From a virus (taxonomy: Duplodnaviria > Caudoviricetes): a stretch of 42,064 nt of DNA. Where the stretch lies: IMG/VR virus record IMGVR_UViG_3300036987_000522, positions 1-42,064 of that record; one strand, written 5' to 3'. The notes under the pieces were generated by a model. That model was given only the letters and a program-made list of their open reading frames with translations. It was not told the origin of the DNA and made no database searches. The position numbers were made by a program, and so were the translations under genes. Of this stretch, positions 1 through 8,993 are shown in pieces (the first letter of the stretch is position 1; each line of letters opens with the position of its first letter).

Positions 1-732
1 TCAGGGGGTGAGGTCATACTTGCCATGCAAGGCGTTGAGATGAATGCGGAAGATGTCGCTGATCATGCGCAGGGCATCACGCACGGCGCTGACCTTGCTT
101 TCAGGGTAGTAATACCATTGAATGGGAATTTCGCGGACGCGTAATTTTTTACGGCGGGCAAGGTATAGAATTTCGATATCGAAGGACCAGCCTGTGAGCG
201 TTTGCTGGCGGAAGAGACTTTCTGCGGTGCTGGCATGAAAACATTTGAACCCGCATTGGGTATCGTTTAGCCCCGGCAGGATTAACATGCGAATGAGCAG
301 GTTGATGGCGCGTCCGCCGAAATGGCGATAGTTCGGTTCATTGTAGCGGATGGCGCCGGGCGCTTCACGCGAACCGATCGCCACGTCGAAACCAGTGAGG
401 GTGGGGGGGAGGAACTTTTCGAGTTCCTCGATTGGCATGGACAGGTCTGCATCACAGATGAAGCGGTATTCGCCATGCGCTTCGAGAATGCCGCGTTGGA
501 CCGCGTTGCCTTTTCCGCGCCGTTCTTCATGCAGGACGATCAGATTCTGGTGCGTGTGTGCAAATTCCTGCGCAAGTTCCAAAGTGCGGTCTGAACTTCC
601 ATTTTCAACAACGACAACTTCAGCCGTATACGATTGTCGGCTGAGGAATTGAAAGATCTGCTCCAATGTGCGGGGCAGGCGGCTTTCTTCATTATGAGCT
701 GGAATGATGATGGAGAGAAATGGGATGTTCAA
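1..732 (-). CDS. Glycosyltransferase family 2 (dolichyl/polyprenyl-phosphate glycosyltransferase-like), host gene
   Basis: SIIIPAHNE, VVVENGSSD, GKGNAV, DADLS and DTQCGFK motifs typical of GT2 DPM/ALG5-like enzymes. Confidence 0.9.
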   Translation of the reverse strand: MNIPFLSIIIPAHNEESRLPRTLEQIFQFLSRQSYTAEVVVVENGSSDRTLELAQEFAHTHQNLIVLHEERRGKGNAVQRGILEAHGEYRFICDADLSMPIEELEKFLPPTLTGFDVAIGSREAPGAIRYNEPNYRHFGGRAINLLIRMLILPGLNDTQCGFKCFHASTAESLFRQQTLTGWSFDIEILYLARRKKLRVREIPIQWYYYPESKVSAVRDALRMISDIFRIHLNALHGKYDLTP

Positions 733-738
733 TGTAGG

Positions 739-1647
739 TTATTGGAATAATAGGAAGGCGAATCCGATCAACACACAACATTCGACCACTAGCATCACAG
801 CCAGCATGATCAACTGAGTACGGTTCATGCCAAGGACTAATCCGCTTTTGGCGGGGGCGGGCCGACGCTGCACTTTGTGTTGTTCTGATACAGGTTGAAC
901 GGGTACTGGTTGCTCCGTTCCCTCTTCTTCGAATTCAAAACCCAGGTTTGCGGGATTGAATTCATCGTTCGTCTCGGAGGAATTAAAGATGGCGCGCGCG
1001 CGGTTGGCGGGTTGGTTTTCAGGTTCGGGTTTTTGCGGCTCGGCAGTTTTGCGCAGGCTGGGGTCAATGATCTGGTCGGCGAGATCGTAGATCGCCCCGA
1101 CAGATATCACCGGGCGGGCTTGCGTGAGCGATGCGGCGAACTGTTTAAGCGCATCACTGCGGACAACGCGCGCCACTGGCCGTACAGATTCGATCTGTGC
1201 GCCCGGGTCGCTGGCAAGCAGGATGGGTTCCACCGTCACTGGCAGGTTGAACTTATTGATATCAAGATATTTTTGGAAGACCCGTGCCACTTGTGAAACG
1301 CGGCTAAGCAAATTGATGCGGGCTGGCTGCGAGCGTCCATTGCTGACGGTGTTCCATTGATCCCCCTTCGCCTCGAAATATCCCTTGGCATTGGTAACGT
1401 GAATCACCCAGATTCCGCCTGCGCCGATCAAAATGATCGGGATCACGATCTCGCTGTTGGGCAGGGTGAAATTGCGAATCAAGACAAACCCTTTTTCAAG
1501 CAGGCGATCCAATTGCGCGATCACCATCTTTTGGGCTTCCAATTCGCCGTACCAATTCAAGCCATATTTCAACGTCCCCTGAATACGGGCAATAATATTA
1601 ATTTCGCCGTTCTCATCCTGCAAGGGGGTTTTGTCGATAATTCTCAT
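739..1647 (-). CDS. NERD-like nuclease-related domain protein with C-terminal TM anchor, host gene
   Basis: GFVLIRNFTLP..IPIILIGAGGIWVI pattern resembles NERD; hydrophobic C-terminus. Confidence 0.6.
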   Translation of the reverse strand: MRIIDKTPLQDENGEINIIARIQGTLKYGLNWYGELEAQKMVIAQLDRLLEKGFVLIRNFTLPNSEIVIPIILIGAGGIWVIHVTNAKGYFEAKGDQWNTVSNGRSQPARINLLSRVSQVARVFQKYLDINKFNLPVTVEPILLASDPGAQIESVRPVARVVRSDALKQFAASLTQARPVISVGAIYDLADQIIDPSLRKTAEPQKPEPENQPANRARAIFNSSETNDEFNPANLGFEFEEEGTEQPVPVQPVSEQHKVQRRPAPAKSGLVLGMNRTQLIMLAVMLVVECCVLIGFAFLLFQ

Positions 1648-1660
1648 GAGATTTCACAGA

Positions 1661-1963
1661 CTAGAAGAAAGGCACGTTCTCGAGCAGGTCACTCTCCGCA
1701 TTTTCGCGGGTGGCAATGAATTCACGATCTTGTCCCTTAACCAGAAGAACAGGCATATTTACCTTGAATGTTCCCGCCAGCAACTCTTCACGTGAACCCG
1801 TCACGAAAGATTTTCCTTTTTGCAGGCGCTCCAACAAGGTTTTGCGATCCAACACGATCCAGTCTGAAAATGCACTACCGCGCCGTTCAAACACGCGGAC
1901 CGCTGAAATTTGCCCGTTTTTAAGTCGGACGGATTCGATGACGCCATCAATTGTTTTTGCCAT
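1661..1963 (-). CDS. Hypothetical protein (possibly DUF3892-like), host gene
   Basis: Clean 100-aa ORF with GAGG RBS, co-oriented with neighbours; ends ..DLLENVPFF. Confidence 0.6.
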   Translation of the reverse strand: MAKTIDGVIESVRLKNGQISAVRVFERRGSAFSDWIVLDRKTLLERLQKGKSFVTGSREELLAGTFKVNMPVLLVKGQDREFIATRENAESDLLENVPFF

Positions 1964-2005
1964 AAGAATTTCCTCTGTGAATATTTTAACACAACCGAGT
2001 TAAAG

Positions 2006-2038
2006 AAAAAGATACGAAAGCCTTGCGACCTCCGTACC
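2006..2038 (-). terminator. Rho-independent terminator downstream of the host tRNA-Pro locus
   Basis: Minus strand GGTACGGAGGTC-GCAA-GGCTTTCGTATC-TTTTT: 12-bp stem with G-U pairs, GNRA loop, U tract. Confidence 0.75.
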
Positions 2039-2049
2039 TCCTGTTTTTG

Positions 2050-2084
2050 TCGGGGCGATAGGATTCGAACCTACGGCCTCTTGG
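2050..2084 (-). pseudogene. 3' half of tRNA-Pro, the displaced att remnant at the left prophage boundary
   Basis: Minus strand CCAAG AGGCC GTAGG TTCGAAT CCTAT CGCCCCG A: anticodon-stem 3' strand, T-arm and Pro-type acceptor end; no D-arm or 5' half upstream. Confidence 0.8.
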
Positions 2085-2265
2085 CGACTAGGGTACATCC
2101 TGAATCTCATCGAAAATTTGTTCTGGCTTGGAGAGAGCGTCAAACGGCAGTTTTATCTTCGGAAAATACGTCGTATTAGACCGGGTCCAAGTGCCAAAAT
2201 AAATGCAAGAATTACGAGCGATGCTCCAGGGTGATTAATTATCCAATCAAGCATTGATCAGCTTT

Positions 2266-3021
2266 CTATTCAGAAAACGAAGAGACTGCATACACTTCGT
2301 AGGAGGCAGGTGCGGTGGTCAGGTTACTGAAATCAAGGCTAAAAGGAGAATCTCCATTAGGAGCGATCTCATTCAATGTGGCAAAAGTCCAGCCGACATC
2401 AATAACATTTCCGCTTGCATCATAGGCAACTGCAGAGACATAGACCAATGATGCCGTTTTAGAGCCTGTGTTTTTTACCAAACCAGTCAGGGTATAGCCA
2501 CCATAATCTCCAGCTTTTCCAGAAACATTATCCACTTGTAGATCAATGTATGGTGCAAATAATCCATTTTCCGAATAGGGTTCACCTTGTATTTGAATTT
2601 TGACTTCTGCCCATTCGCTAGGGGCATTGTCAACAAGGATTTTGAAGGGAGCTTTGCCGCTTCCTGAAACATAAGTTATGGTTTCAGAACCAGTCCCTAC
2701 AATGCTTCCATTGCTGTCAATTAGCGAAATGACCACCTGTACACTTTGGGCGGCGTCGCCGCTATTGATAATTTCACCAACGAACCATAGTGAGTCGATT
2801 ATGTCTCGATAATTTGTATAGTTTCCTACTTGCAAGTCTATTACTGGTTTGGGAATTGGAGATGGATTGGGTTGAGAGGTAGCCTGGGGCTCGTTCGCTG
2901 AGCCTGGCACTGTTGTCGAAACGGATTCCGTTGTTGTCCTTGGTGAGGCAGCATTGCAAGCTAAGCTAACTAACAATAGAGCGACACTTGCGACCATTGG
3001 TATGACTTTTTTTGAAAGCAT
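2266..3021 (-). CDS. FxLYD-type (two repeated beta domains) lipoprotein, lysogenic cargo
   Basis: GGAGG RBS before ATG 3021 (MLSKK); lipobox SLAC; Pro/Thr linker; two (V/L)xGxVxNxG...YDxxGxxI repeats. Confidence 0.7.
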   Translation of the reverse strand: MLSKKVIPMVASVALLLVSLACNAASPRTTTESVSTTVPGSANEPQATSQPNPSPIPKPVIDLQVGNYTNYRDIIDSLWFVGEIINSGDAAQSVQVVISLIDSNGSIVGTGSETITYVSGSGKAPFKILVDNAPSEWAEVKIQIQGEPYSENGLFAPYIDLQVDNVSGKAGDYGGYTLTGLVKNTGSKTASLVYVSAVAYDASGNVIDVGWTFATLNEIAPNGDSPFSLDFSNLTTAPASYEVYAVSSFSE

Positions 3022-3034
3022 ATAATCCTCCATT

Positions 3035-3403
3035 TTAAGACTCTGATAGCTGATATTTATTCTTAGGTTTGAAAGCCAGCACTGCCCAGAGGGACGTGAG
3101 ATAGAAGAACAAGACAGGGGCTGCGTACTCAGTAGGGGCATTCAGAACGAACAGCCCCGTTGCTGTAGAAACGGTGAGCAAGATGAACAGGAAGGTGAAG
3201 GGGATGATTACCCGTGACCAAGGGTAACGACCGCGGCGATCGGCGATCCAGTGAGCTGCTTGGGTGCGGCGACGTTCGAGGATGAGCCGACCGCGGAGGA
3301 AGACCCTGCGGTTGTGGCGTGCCTCAAGGACGCGAAGCATAAGGGTGAGCGCTTCGATCCGTTCTTCAGGGGTTGAGGAGACATGGATTTGCTGCCAGTT
3401 CAT
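3035..3403 (-). CDS. Hypothetical membrane protein (2 TM)
   Basis: Fits operon spacing; two hydrophobic segments at C-terminus. Confidence 0.55.
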   Translation of the reverse strand: MNWQQIHVSSTPEERIEALTLMLRVLEARHNRRVFLRGRLILERRRTQAAHWIADRRGRYPWSRVIIPFTFLFILLTVSTATGLFVLNAPTEYAAPVLFFYLTSLWAVLAFKPKNKYQLSES

Positions 3404-3406
3404 TCT

Positions 3407-3808
3407 TTATGGGATTGCTGCTTCGTACTTCCTGGCTTGCTCTTCAGGAAGATCTCCATTGATTTGAATGACCACATTCCCTTTGGTAAACACCCACGAA
3501 AAAAACAATGCACTGGACTTGCCAAGTTCGGTGTAATAGTTTGTCAGCAAGTCGCGGTCTTCGGTGTTGTCACAGATGAAGATTCTGCCGCCATTATCGG
3601 GTCCGAGTGAAGGGACAAAAAACCGTGTGCCTGTGCAAACGTAAGGCGCAGCGCCATAGTCTTCCTTGGTCATGGCACGAGTGTTTTCTGCTTCGAGGCC
3701 TGCATCTTTGAATGATTGCACAACATCGTCACCAGTGACTTGAGCACTACAGGAAGTGAGGAAGATAGCCAATAGTAAGATCATAGAAATTTTAGATTTG
3801 ATATTCAT
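3407..3808 (-). CDS. Lipoprotein, lysogenic cargo
   Basis: Signal peptide with lipobox LTSC; AAAGGA RBS. Confidence 0.7.
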   Translation of the reverse strand: MNIKSKISMILLLAIFLTSCSAQVTGDDVVQSFKDAGLEAENTRAMTKEDYGAAPYVCTGTRFFVPSLGPDNGGRIFICDNTEDRDLLTNYYTELGKSSALFFSWVFTKGNVVIQINGDLPEEQARKYEAAIP

Positions 3809-3867
3809 AGAGTGTGATCCTTTCTGTGTTCGGGTCGGATTTGAAGAGGAGTAGTGTCGCTTTCAGT

Positions 3868-4653
3868 TCATTTGAGTGAATCACAGGCGGAGCCGTCATT
3901 ATTGCCATCGAGACGATGTATGTCACCAGCACCAGCAGCGAGGCAAGAGGTATAGCATGCTTGCGCTGCCGACCATGAACTAAAGTCACCGCAATTCATG
4001 GAGTCACTAGCACATGAACAACCACCGCTGATTGGTGCAGATGTAGGCTGCGCGATCACGATAAATGGCGTTGACGTCGAGAAAACAATAAAGGTGGCAG
4101 TGGGCAAAGGGGATGCCGTTTCAGTTGGGAGGGACGTCTCCGTTGGCAGCCAGGTGGCGGTAGGCAAGGGCGTATCAGTAATACTTGCCTGCACTGTTTG
4201 AGTATAGGATAACCATGCTTCAGCCAGAGCTGTGTTCTGCGCAGATACAAAATCCACGGTTGGCAACGCAGTCGGAGATGAAAAAAAAGTATCGTTAACG
4301 GCGGCGACGCACAATGCTACTGAAAAAGACATCGCAGCAATTCCACTAAAGATTACTACGGAAAGTGGTATCTTTTTTCCGCTTTCTTTCTTCGGGACTG
4401 GGGAAATTTGGGCTGCCTGATAATGCCGAGGCTTTGTTTCAACAGCTTGAGAAGCTGCTTTTGTTTTTTTAGAACTGAGCATTTCTGAAACTGATAGGCC
4501 TGTGCCTGGGATACCAGCGGTAATACGGGTTCCCTTCTTGCCAATATTCAAACTAGCGCCAGGCTTTCCTATCGAAGTGCTGATCCCAGTCTTACTAAGG
4601 TTTATCCGAATGCCAGGGGCAATCTTGAAAATCTTCCTAAATCGAAATGGCAT
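3868..4653 (-). CDS. DUF4236-family N-terminus + TM + Pro/Thr linker + Excalibur Ca-binding domain
   Basis: MPFRFRK..PGIRINLSKTG..GIPGTGL (DUF4236-like); C-terminal NCGDF..AQ..LDGNNDGSACD (Excalibur). Confidence 0.75.
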   Translation of the reverse strand: MPFRFRKIFKIAPGIRINLSKTGISTSIGKPGASLNIGKKGTRITAGIPGTGLSVSEMLSSKKTKAASQAVETKPRHYQAAQISPVPKKESGKKIPLSVVIFSGIAAMSFSVALCVAAVNDTFFSSPTALPTVDFVSAQNTALAEAWLSYTQTVQASITDTPLPTATWLPTETSLPTETASPLPTATFIVFSTSTPFIVIAQPTSAPISGGCSCASDSMNCGDFSSWSAAQACYTSCLAAGAGDIHRLDGNNDGSACDSLK

Positions 4654-4656
4654 GAT

Positions 4657-4839
4657 TTAACCCTCCTTAATACGCTCTGGATCAAGAGCGATATAAAACC
4701 CCAGTGGGGCGACAACAAAGAACAGATAAAACAATTCCCAATCATCCACTGTTTGCTCTGATGGGCGGGCGATTATAAAAAATAGGGCGATGACAGCTGC
4801 TGCGATAAGAACATGCTTTTCTCGGCGGGTGAGTTTCAT
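4657..4839 (-). CDS. Small 2-TM membrane protein
   Basis: 60 aa, two hydrophobic helices, between repressor and DUF4236 gene. Confidence 0.55.
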   Translation of the reverse strand: MKLTRREKHVLIAAAVIALFFIIARPSEQTVDDWELFYLFFVVAPLGFYIALDPERIKEG

Positions 4840-4863
4840 GTTGCCTCTGCCCCCTAAGGGCGT

Positions 4864-5244
4864 TTACTTGTTGACCTTGCCTGGCTTGAATTTAGCGGAC
4901 CGTGCCGACTGCTCGGCTTTTTGACGGCGCTCGATTTTCATTTCCATGATCTGACGAATTTCTTCCTGCTCTTCGGTCGTGAGCTGCGAGAGCAGGTGAT
5001 TGTAATCTGCAAAGCTGGCTTCATCGCCGCCTTCAGGGAGGATGCCAGCTTTACGGAAGATGCTGATGGGGGAGATTTTGAAGGCATGAGCAATAGCCAA
5101 TAAAGAATCAAATCCAACGCCTCTATTGCCGCTAATTATATTGCTCAAAGTCCCGCGTGATATTCCAGCATTTTTTACCAGATCACTCTGCGACCAATCC
5201 CTTTTTTCCAATTCTTGTAATAGCCAGTCGCCAAAGTTTTCCAT
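4864..5244 (-). CDS. XRE-family HTH prophage repressor (CI-like, no S24 peptidase domain)
   Basis: WSQSDLVKNAGISRGTLSNIISG HTH; divergent from early promoter; start taken at MENFG. Confidence 0.85.
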   Translation of the reverse strand: MENFGDWLLQELEKRDWSQSDLVKNAGISRGTLSNIISGNRGVGFDSLLAIAHAFKISPISIFRKAGILPEGGDEASFADYNHLLSQLTTEEQEEIRQIMEMKIERRQKAEQSARSAKFKPGKVNK

Positions 5245-5251
5245 AGAAAGC

Positions 5252-5260
5252 ATTTTGTCA
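5252..5260 (-). promoter_or_regulatory. Extended -10 element for a probably leaderless repressor transcript
   Basis: TG-A-CAAAAT 7 nt upstream of ATG 5244; no SD sequence. Confidence 0.5.
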
Positions 5261-5299
5261 CACTTGTTGTTTTCTTTGGAAATCATAGTGTTTTCCCTA

Positions 5300-5328
5300 T
5301 TGACAACTAATTACAATTGTCGTAAGAT
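5300..5328 (+). promoter_or_regulatory. Early lytic promoter (sigma70-type)
   Basis: TTGACA-17 bp-TAAGAT; operator overlaps the start-site region. Confidence 0.8.
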
Positions 5329-5465
5329 GTTTTCAATAGAAAACAATAAGTTTTCTATGTTGCTCAATCACCAAGACAGGCTCCAGACGCCACCCAGAAG
5401 TCCTGAGCGGGGGCGCAACAGCAAAAGACGGAGAGAGAGCCGAAAAACGAGAGAAGGAAGGCGAA

Positions 5466-5798
5466 ATGGCAAAGTATCAGAACATCCCTGTAAAACCCGA
5501 AATCTATCAGAAGGTGAAGATGATCGCCGAGGCAAACAACCGCGGGCTGGGCGACCAGGTGGCGCATTGGGTGGGTCGCGACCTGCCCGAGTGCGATCAT
5601 CCCAAGTATGCCGTGAACGTGGAGGTCAGCCGCAGTGAGACTTTAGTGGCAGGCGAGACCCTTTCGCGCACAGGCTGGTTCTGCCCAACCTGCAAGCGGG
5701 TGTATCAGTTCGTGGCGAGCGAGTTTCCGACACAGGCGGAGTATGACCCGTATGGACAGATCAGCGTGGCGCTGGTGAAGAACACGGTGAAGGCATGA
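5466..5798 (+). CDS. Ribbon-helix-helix-like regulator with Zn-binding C-terminus (in Cro position)
   Basis: QNIPVKPEIYQKVKMIAEANNRGLGDQV is RHH-like; CDH..CPTC. Confidence 0.55.
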   Translation: MAKYQNIPVKPEIYQKVKMIAEANNRGLGDQVAHWVGRDLPECDHPKYAVNVEVSRSETLVAGETLSRTGWFCPTCKRVYQFVASEFPTQAEYDPYGQISVALVKNTVKA

Positions 5799-6112
5799 AA
5801 CGCAACCCCTACATCTGCACAAAATGCGAGCGGAACCCGCTCGTGCATGAAACAGATCGCAAGAGTGGCGTGTGCGAGAGCTGCAAGCTGAAAGCGCACC
5901 AGGCAAAGCGCCGCAGAGAGTACCGCCAACAGATCAGTAAAGGCACGAAGTACTCAGGCAAGGCGCTCACGAAGGAACAACTGCAAGCCAACATCGAGCG
6001 AGTGGTGAATAACGCAAAGAAGACAGAGCATGCTGGACGGGCAGCGGATGTATTCAGCATCTCGCCACGGTCGCTAAAGATACAAGTGCGCGGTGCGCAA
6101 AAGGTAGGGTAG
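5795..6112 (+). CDS. Hypothetical Zn-finger protein
   Basis: CTKC..CESC; ATGA overlap with upstream gene. Confidence 0.55.
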   Translation: MKRNPYICTKCERNPLVHETDRKSGVCESCKLKAHQAKRRREYRQQISKGTKYSGKALTKEQLQANIERVVNNAKKTEHAGRAADVFSISPRSLKIQVRGAQKVG

Positions 6113-6114
6113 CG

Positions 6115-6654
6115 ATGAGCGTATTACCAACCCTGATCAGAGCGAAGGACACTGCCGACTTGCTGAAGCAGGTACGAGAGCAGTTGGAAGCGGGCAGGGA
6201 TTTGTATTCGCCATTGTTCGCCAGTGAGTATGGCTATTTATGCCAGTGGATGGTCAAGTCGCCAACTGTCTACGAATACCGCCTGGTCGATGTCGAAAGC
6301 CTCACCGACCTTGAACTGCAAGTAGGTGACCTGGCCGAACTCGGCTTTGAACTCATGTTCAACACAGTCTTATGGCAGGGGCGATACCTGCAATGGATGA
6401 GCAAGTGGAACAACTTCGGGCAGGCAGTGAAGGAAGCAGTAACACTGATCAACGCAGAACGCAGCGAAGAACTGCAGCTGGTGGAGGACGTGCGAGCCGT
6501 GCTGAAGTTGGTGCCTGTGAGTCCAGTTGGTTATGCATTGGCGATCCCTTTCATGACTGAGCGTGACGTTGTGAAACTTGGCGAGCGATACCTCAACATC
6601 TACGGCACAAACATCCCTGACATCTTGTTGGTGGATGGAGTACCGCTCCGATAG
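6115..6654 (+). CDS. Hypothetical phage protein
   Basis: 179-aa ORF tightly packed in the early operon. Confidence 0.6.
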   Translation: MSVLPTLIRAKDTADLLKQVREQLEAGRDLYSPLFASEYGYLCQWMVKSPTVYEYRLVDVESLTDLELQVGDLAELGFELMFNTVLWQGRYLQWMSKWNNFGQAVKEAVTLINAERSEELQLVEDVRAVLKLVPVSPVGYALAIPFMTERDVVKLGERYLNIYGTNIPDILLVDGVPLR

Positions 6655-6697
6655 TTTCATCCTTCGTACTAACTCAGGATAGCAAGGAATTTTCACA

Positions 6698-7051
6698 ATG
6701 ACACATTCATTTTTCATCCATCTGCTCGTGACCCTTGTCGCCGCACTCTTCGCTGCTGCCATCCTGTGGGGCGAGCATTACCACCCCTGGGGCAAGCCAC
6801 TCGACCAGCGCCTGAACTATGTCCTCGGCACACTGGCGATGTTGATCCCGTACTCATTCCTGATTCTTTTTTGGATGCTCGTGCCGCCTGGGGACGCGCT
6901 CATGTTGGGACTTTGGTCGCTGGTGGGCTTGTGGCTGATCGTGGGCGTTTCAGGCCTGACCGTGTACCTGCTCTACGAAGCAGACGCCAAACGTGAAGCC
7001 AGGCAGAGAGCCGCCGCAGCGGAAGCAGCAGAAAAGGCTGCCAGGGAATGA
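6698..7051 (+). CDS. Hypothetical membrane protein (3 TM)
   Basis: AAGGA RBS; three hydrophobic stretches. Confidence 0.6.
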   Translation: MTHSFFIHLLVTLVAALFAAAILWGEHYHPWGKPLDQRLNYVLGTLAMLIPYSFLILFWMLVPPGDALMLGLWSLVGLWLIVGVSGLTVYLLYEADAKREARQRAAAAEAAEKAARE

Positions 7052-7275
7052 GTCAACGCAAAGCAGTGGCAGAGGCAATGCTCGAAAAGCTGGAGAACTG
7101 GCTTGGACGCGGAGCACGAATGCTGAAGCTGCTGGAGATCCTAACGGTGAAGGTCGACCTGATATCCAACCCCACCGTGAAACAGACAGCCCTCGAGGAT
7201 ATCGCTGAAATTCGCAAGATCATTCGAGATGGACAAAGCGCCATCAACTGGGTGATCAAAGCACTCAACTTGTGA
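7048..7275 (+). CDS. Hypothetical protein
   Basis: ATGA overlap, helical 75 aa. Confidence 0.55.
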   Translation: MSQRKAVAEAMLEKLENWLGRGARMLKLLEILTVKVDLISNPTVKQTALEDIAEIRKIIRDGQSAINWVIKALNL

Positions 7276-7382
7276 GAGTCAGGGTTCGCCCTGATACGCA
7301 TTCACTCTCTCTCCAATAGCCAGCCTGACCCAGCCAGTTGGGGCGGGTATGGGGAGAGAGCTACAAACGGAAGGAGTACCCA

Positions 7383-8993
7383 ATGGCGGAACAACTTACT
7401 CAACTTGAGATCATCGATGACAACCCATATCAGGACCGTGGTTCTTACGAAGATATAGCAGAACTAGGTCGTTCGATTGCAGTCAATGGGCTGGAGCAGA
7501 AACCGAAAGCCAGACTCGTTGGAAAGCGATACCAACTGAAGTTTGGGCATCGACGCAAGCGTGCCTTTGAGTGGCTGAGTGAGAACTTCAAAAAAGAAGG
7601 TTTGCCCGATCGCTACAACGGATACACGGTCATGCCGCTGGAAGTGGAAGAGATCAGCGACAAGGAAATGTTTGATGGTGTGGTCATCGAAAACGTACAC
7701 CGCGACGATCTGAAAGTGACTGAAAAGGCGCGACTGCTGCGACGTTACAAGGAAGTTCACCCTGAAGCCACCAGCGAGCAGATCGGGCTGGTCTTCAATA
7801 TGAACGCAGCCACAGTGCGCGGCATGGACATCTTCCTTGATCTGCCTAAAGAAGCACAAACGAAGCTGGATGACGGAACAATCTCCCAAGGTGCAGCGCG
7901 GTTGCTGCACTCGATGCAAAAGATAGCCCCGAGGGAGAAGGTCATCGAGACTCTCAAGTTGATCGAAAGAGAAAAGGGCAGCACCCTGCCAGAAGAAGTG
8001 ATCGACGGAGAGATCGACCGCCTGCCTAACACCGTGGATATGTGGAACAGCAATCACAGTAATGGCAAGCCTCGAGCAGGGTACCGCGGCTGGTTACTTG
8101 ACATGAAAAACTTTCCGAACCGCCTGCTGCCTGCCATGAACGAACAGATAGTGGGAGCCTTCGAAGCCCATCTTGATCACCTGATCGACCCTCCTGCCTG
8201 CACCGCCTGTCCGTTCTACACAAAAGTACGTGGAAGCCATTATTGCGGCATGAAAGTCTGTCATCAGCGCAAGACGGTTGCATGGGAACTGTATGCGGTC
8301 GAGCAAGCCAGCAAGAATACCAAGATCGCAGTCTACACAGAGGAAGATGGGACTTATCTCGCGCTGGGCTACGACACAAGCCATTTATTCGAGAAGCGGC
8401 ATAAAGACCTGAGATTGATTCCGAGATCGGCAGTCAATGGCTACTCCTATCAGAACTTCAAAGGTTTTGATGATGACCTGGTAATGGTTGTTGCAACCGG
8501 TGAAGAGCTTCTTGCAAAGATGGCGCGTTCGACGGGTACAAGCGGTGGAGCACGTGGCGGCAAAAAGACAGAAAAGGAAAAAGCAGAGATGCGAGCGATG
8601 AAGGTGTATCGCGTCAAACGGCTTGAATTGATGTGGGCGTACACCGCAGCTGCACAGTCTATCTTCGAGGGTGCTCCATTAGGTGTACTGAACAAAATCA
8701 ACGAATGGAATCACATCGGCATCGATGACCGCATCCCTGAACAATACGACCATCCGCAGACAGGGGATGCCGCTCAGAAGTTGTCCTTTCAACGCCGTGC
8801 CCTGGTCTGGCGGCTGATCATGAACAAGACATCCCATTACTCCCGCAGTGGATTGGTGGATGCCCTCCAAAAATTCGCGGACGTAACAGGTGTGAAAGCG
8901 CCGAAGACGCTGGTCAAGCTTGCCGAGGAATGGGATGCAGAGATCAAAGCAGTTGCGTCCGTTTCTGCGGAAACGAAGGGGAAGAAGAAATGA
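7383..8993 (+). CDS. ParB/RepB/Spo0J-family protein with long C-terminal extension
   Basis: NPYQDR, KFGHRRKRA (GxRR CTP-binding motif), ENVHRDDL, HTH; AAGGAG RBS. Confidence 0.85.
   Translation: MAEQLTQLEIIDDNPYQDRGSYEDIAELGRSIAVNGLEQKPKARLVGKRYQLKFGHRRKRAFEWLSENFKKEGLPDRYNGYTVMPLEVEEISDKEMFDGVVIENVHRDDLKVTEKARLLRRYKEVHPEATSEQIGLVFNMNAATVRGMDIFLDLPKEAQTKLDDGTISQGAARLLHSMQKIAPREKVIETLKLIEREKGSTLPEEVIDGEIDRLPNTVDMWNSNHSNGKPRAGYRGWLLDMKNFPNRLLPAMNEQIVGAFEAHLDHLIDPPACTACPFYTKVRGSHYCGMKVCHQRKTVAWELYAVEQASKNTKIAVYTEEDGTYLALGYDTSHLFEKRHKDLRLIPRSAVNGYSYQNFKGFDDDLVMVVATGEELLAKMARSTGTSGGARGGKKTEKEKAEMRAMKVYRVKRLELMWAYTAAAQSIFEGAPLGVLNKINEWNHIGIDDRIPEQYDHPQTGDAAQKLSFQRRALVWRLIMNKTSHYSRSGLVDALQKFADVTGVKAPKTLVKLAEEWDAEIKAVASVSAETKGKKK

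Larger units (their letters stand above)
5236..5344. promoter_or_regulatory. Three operator-like palindromes GTTTTC-N4-GAAA(A/G/T)C
   Basis: 5236-5251 GTTTTCCATAGAAAGC, 5269-5284 GTTTTCTTTGGAAATC, 5329-5344 GTTTTCAATAGAAAAC; half sites at 5290 and 5350. Confidence 0.7.

Noticed and set aside
2085-2194. Possible intron-split intact tRNA-Pro (GCACTTGG on the minus strand at ~2187-2194 could pair with CCAAG)
   Set aside because: No D-arm or acceptor 5' strand upstream, and the ~100-nt spacer shows no group I features
5126-5638. 170-aa ORF spanning the immunity region
   Set aside because: Overlaps the repressor, operators and first early gene; composition not protein-like
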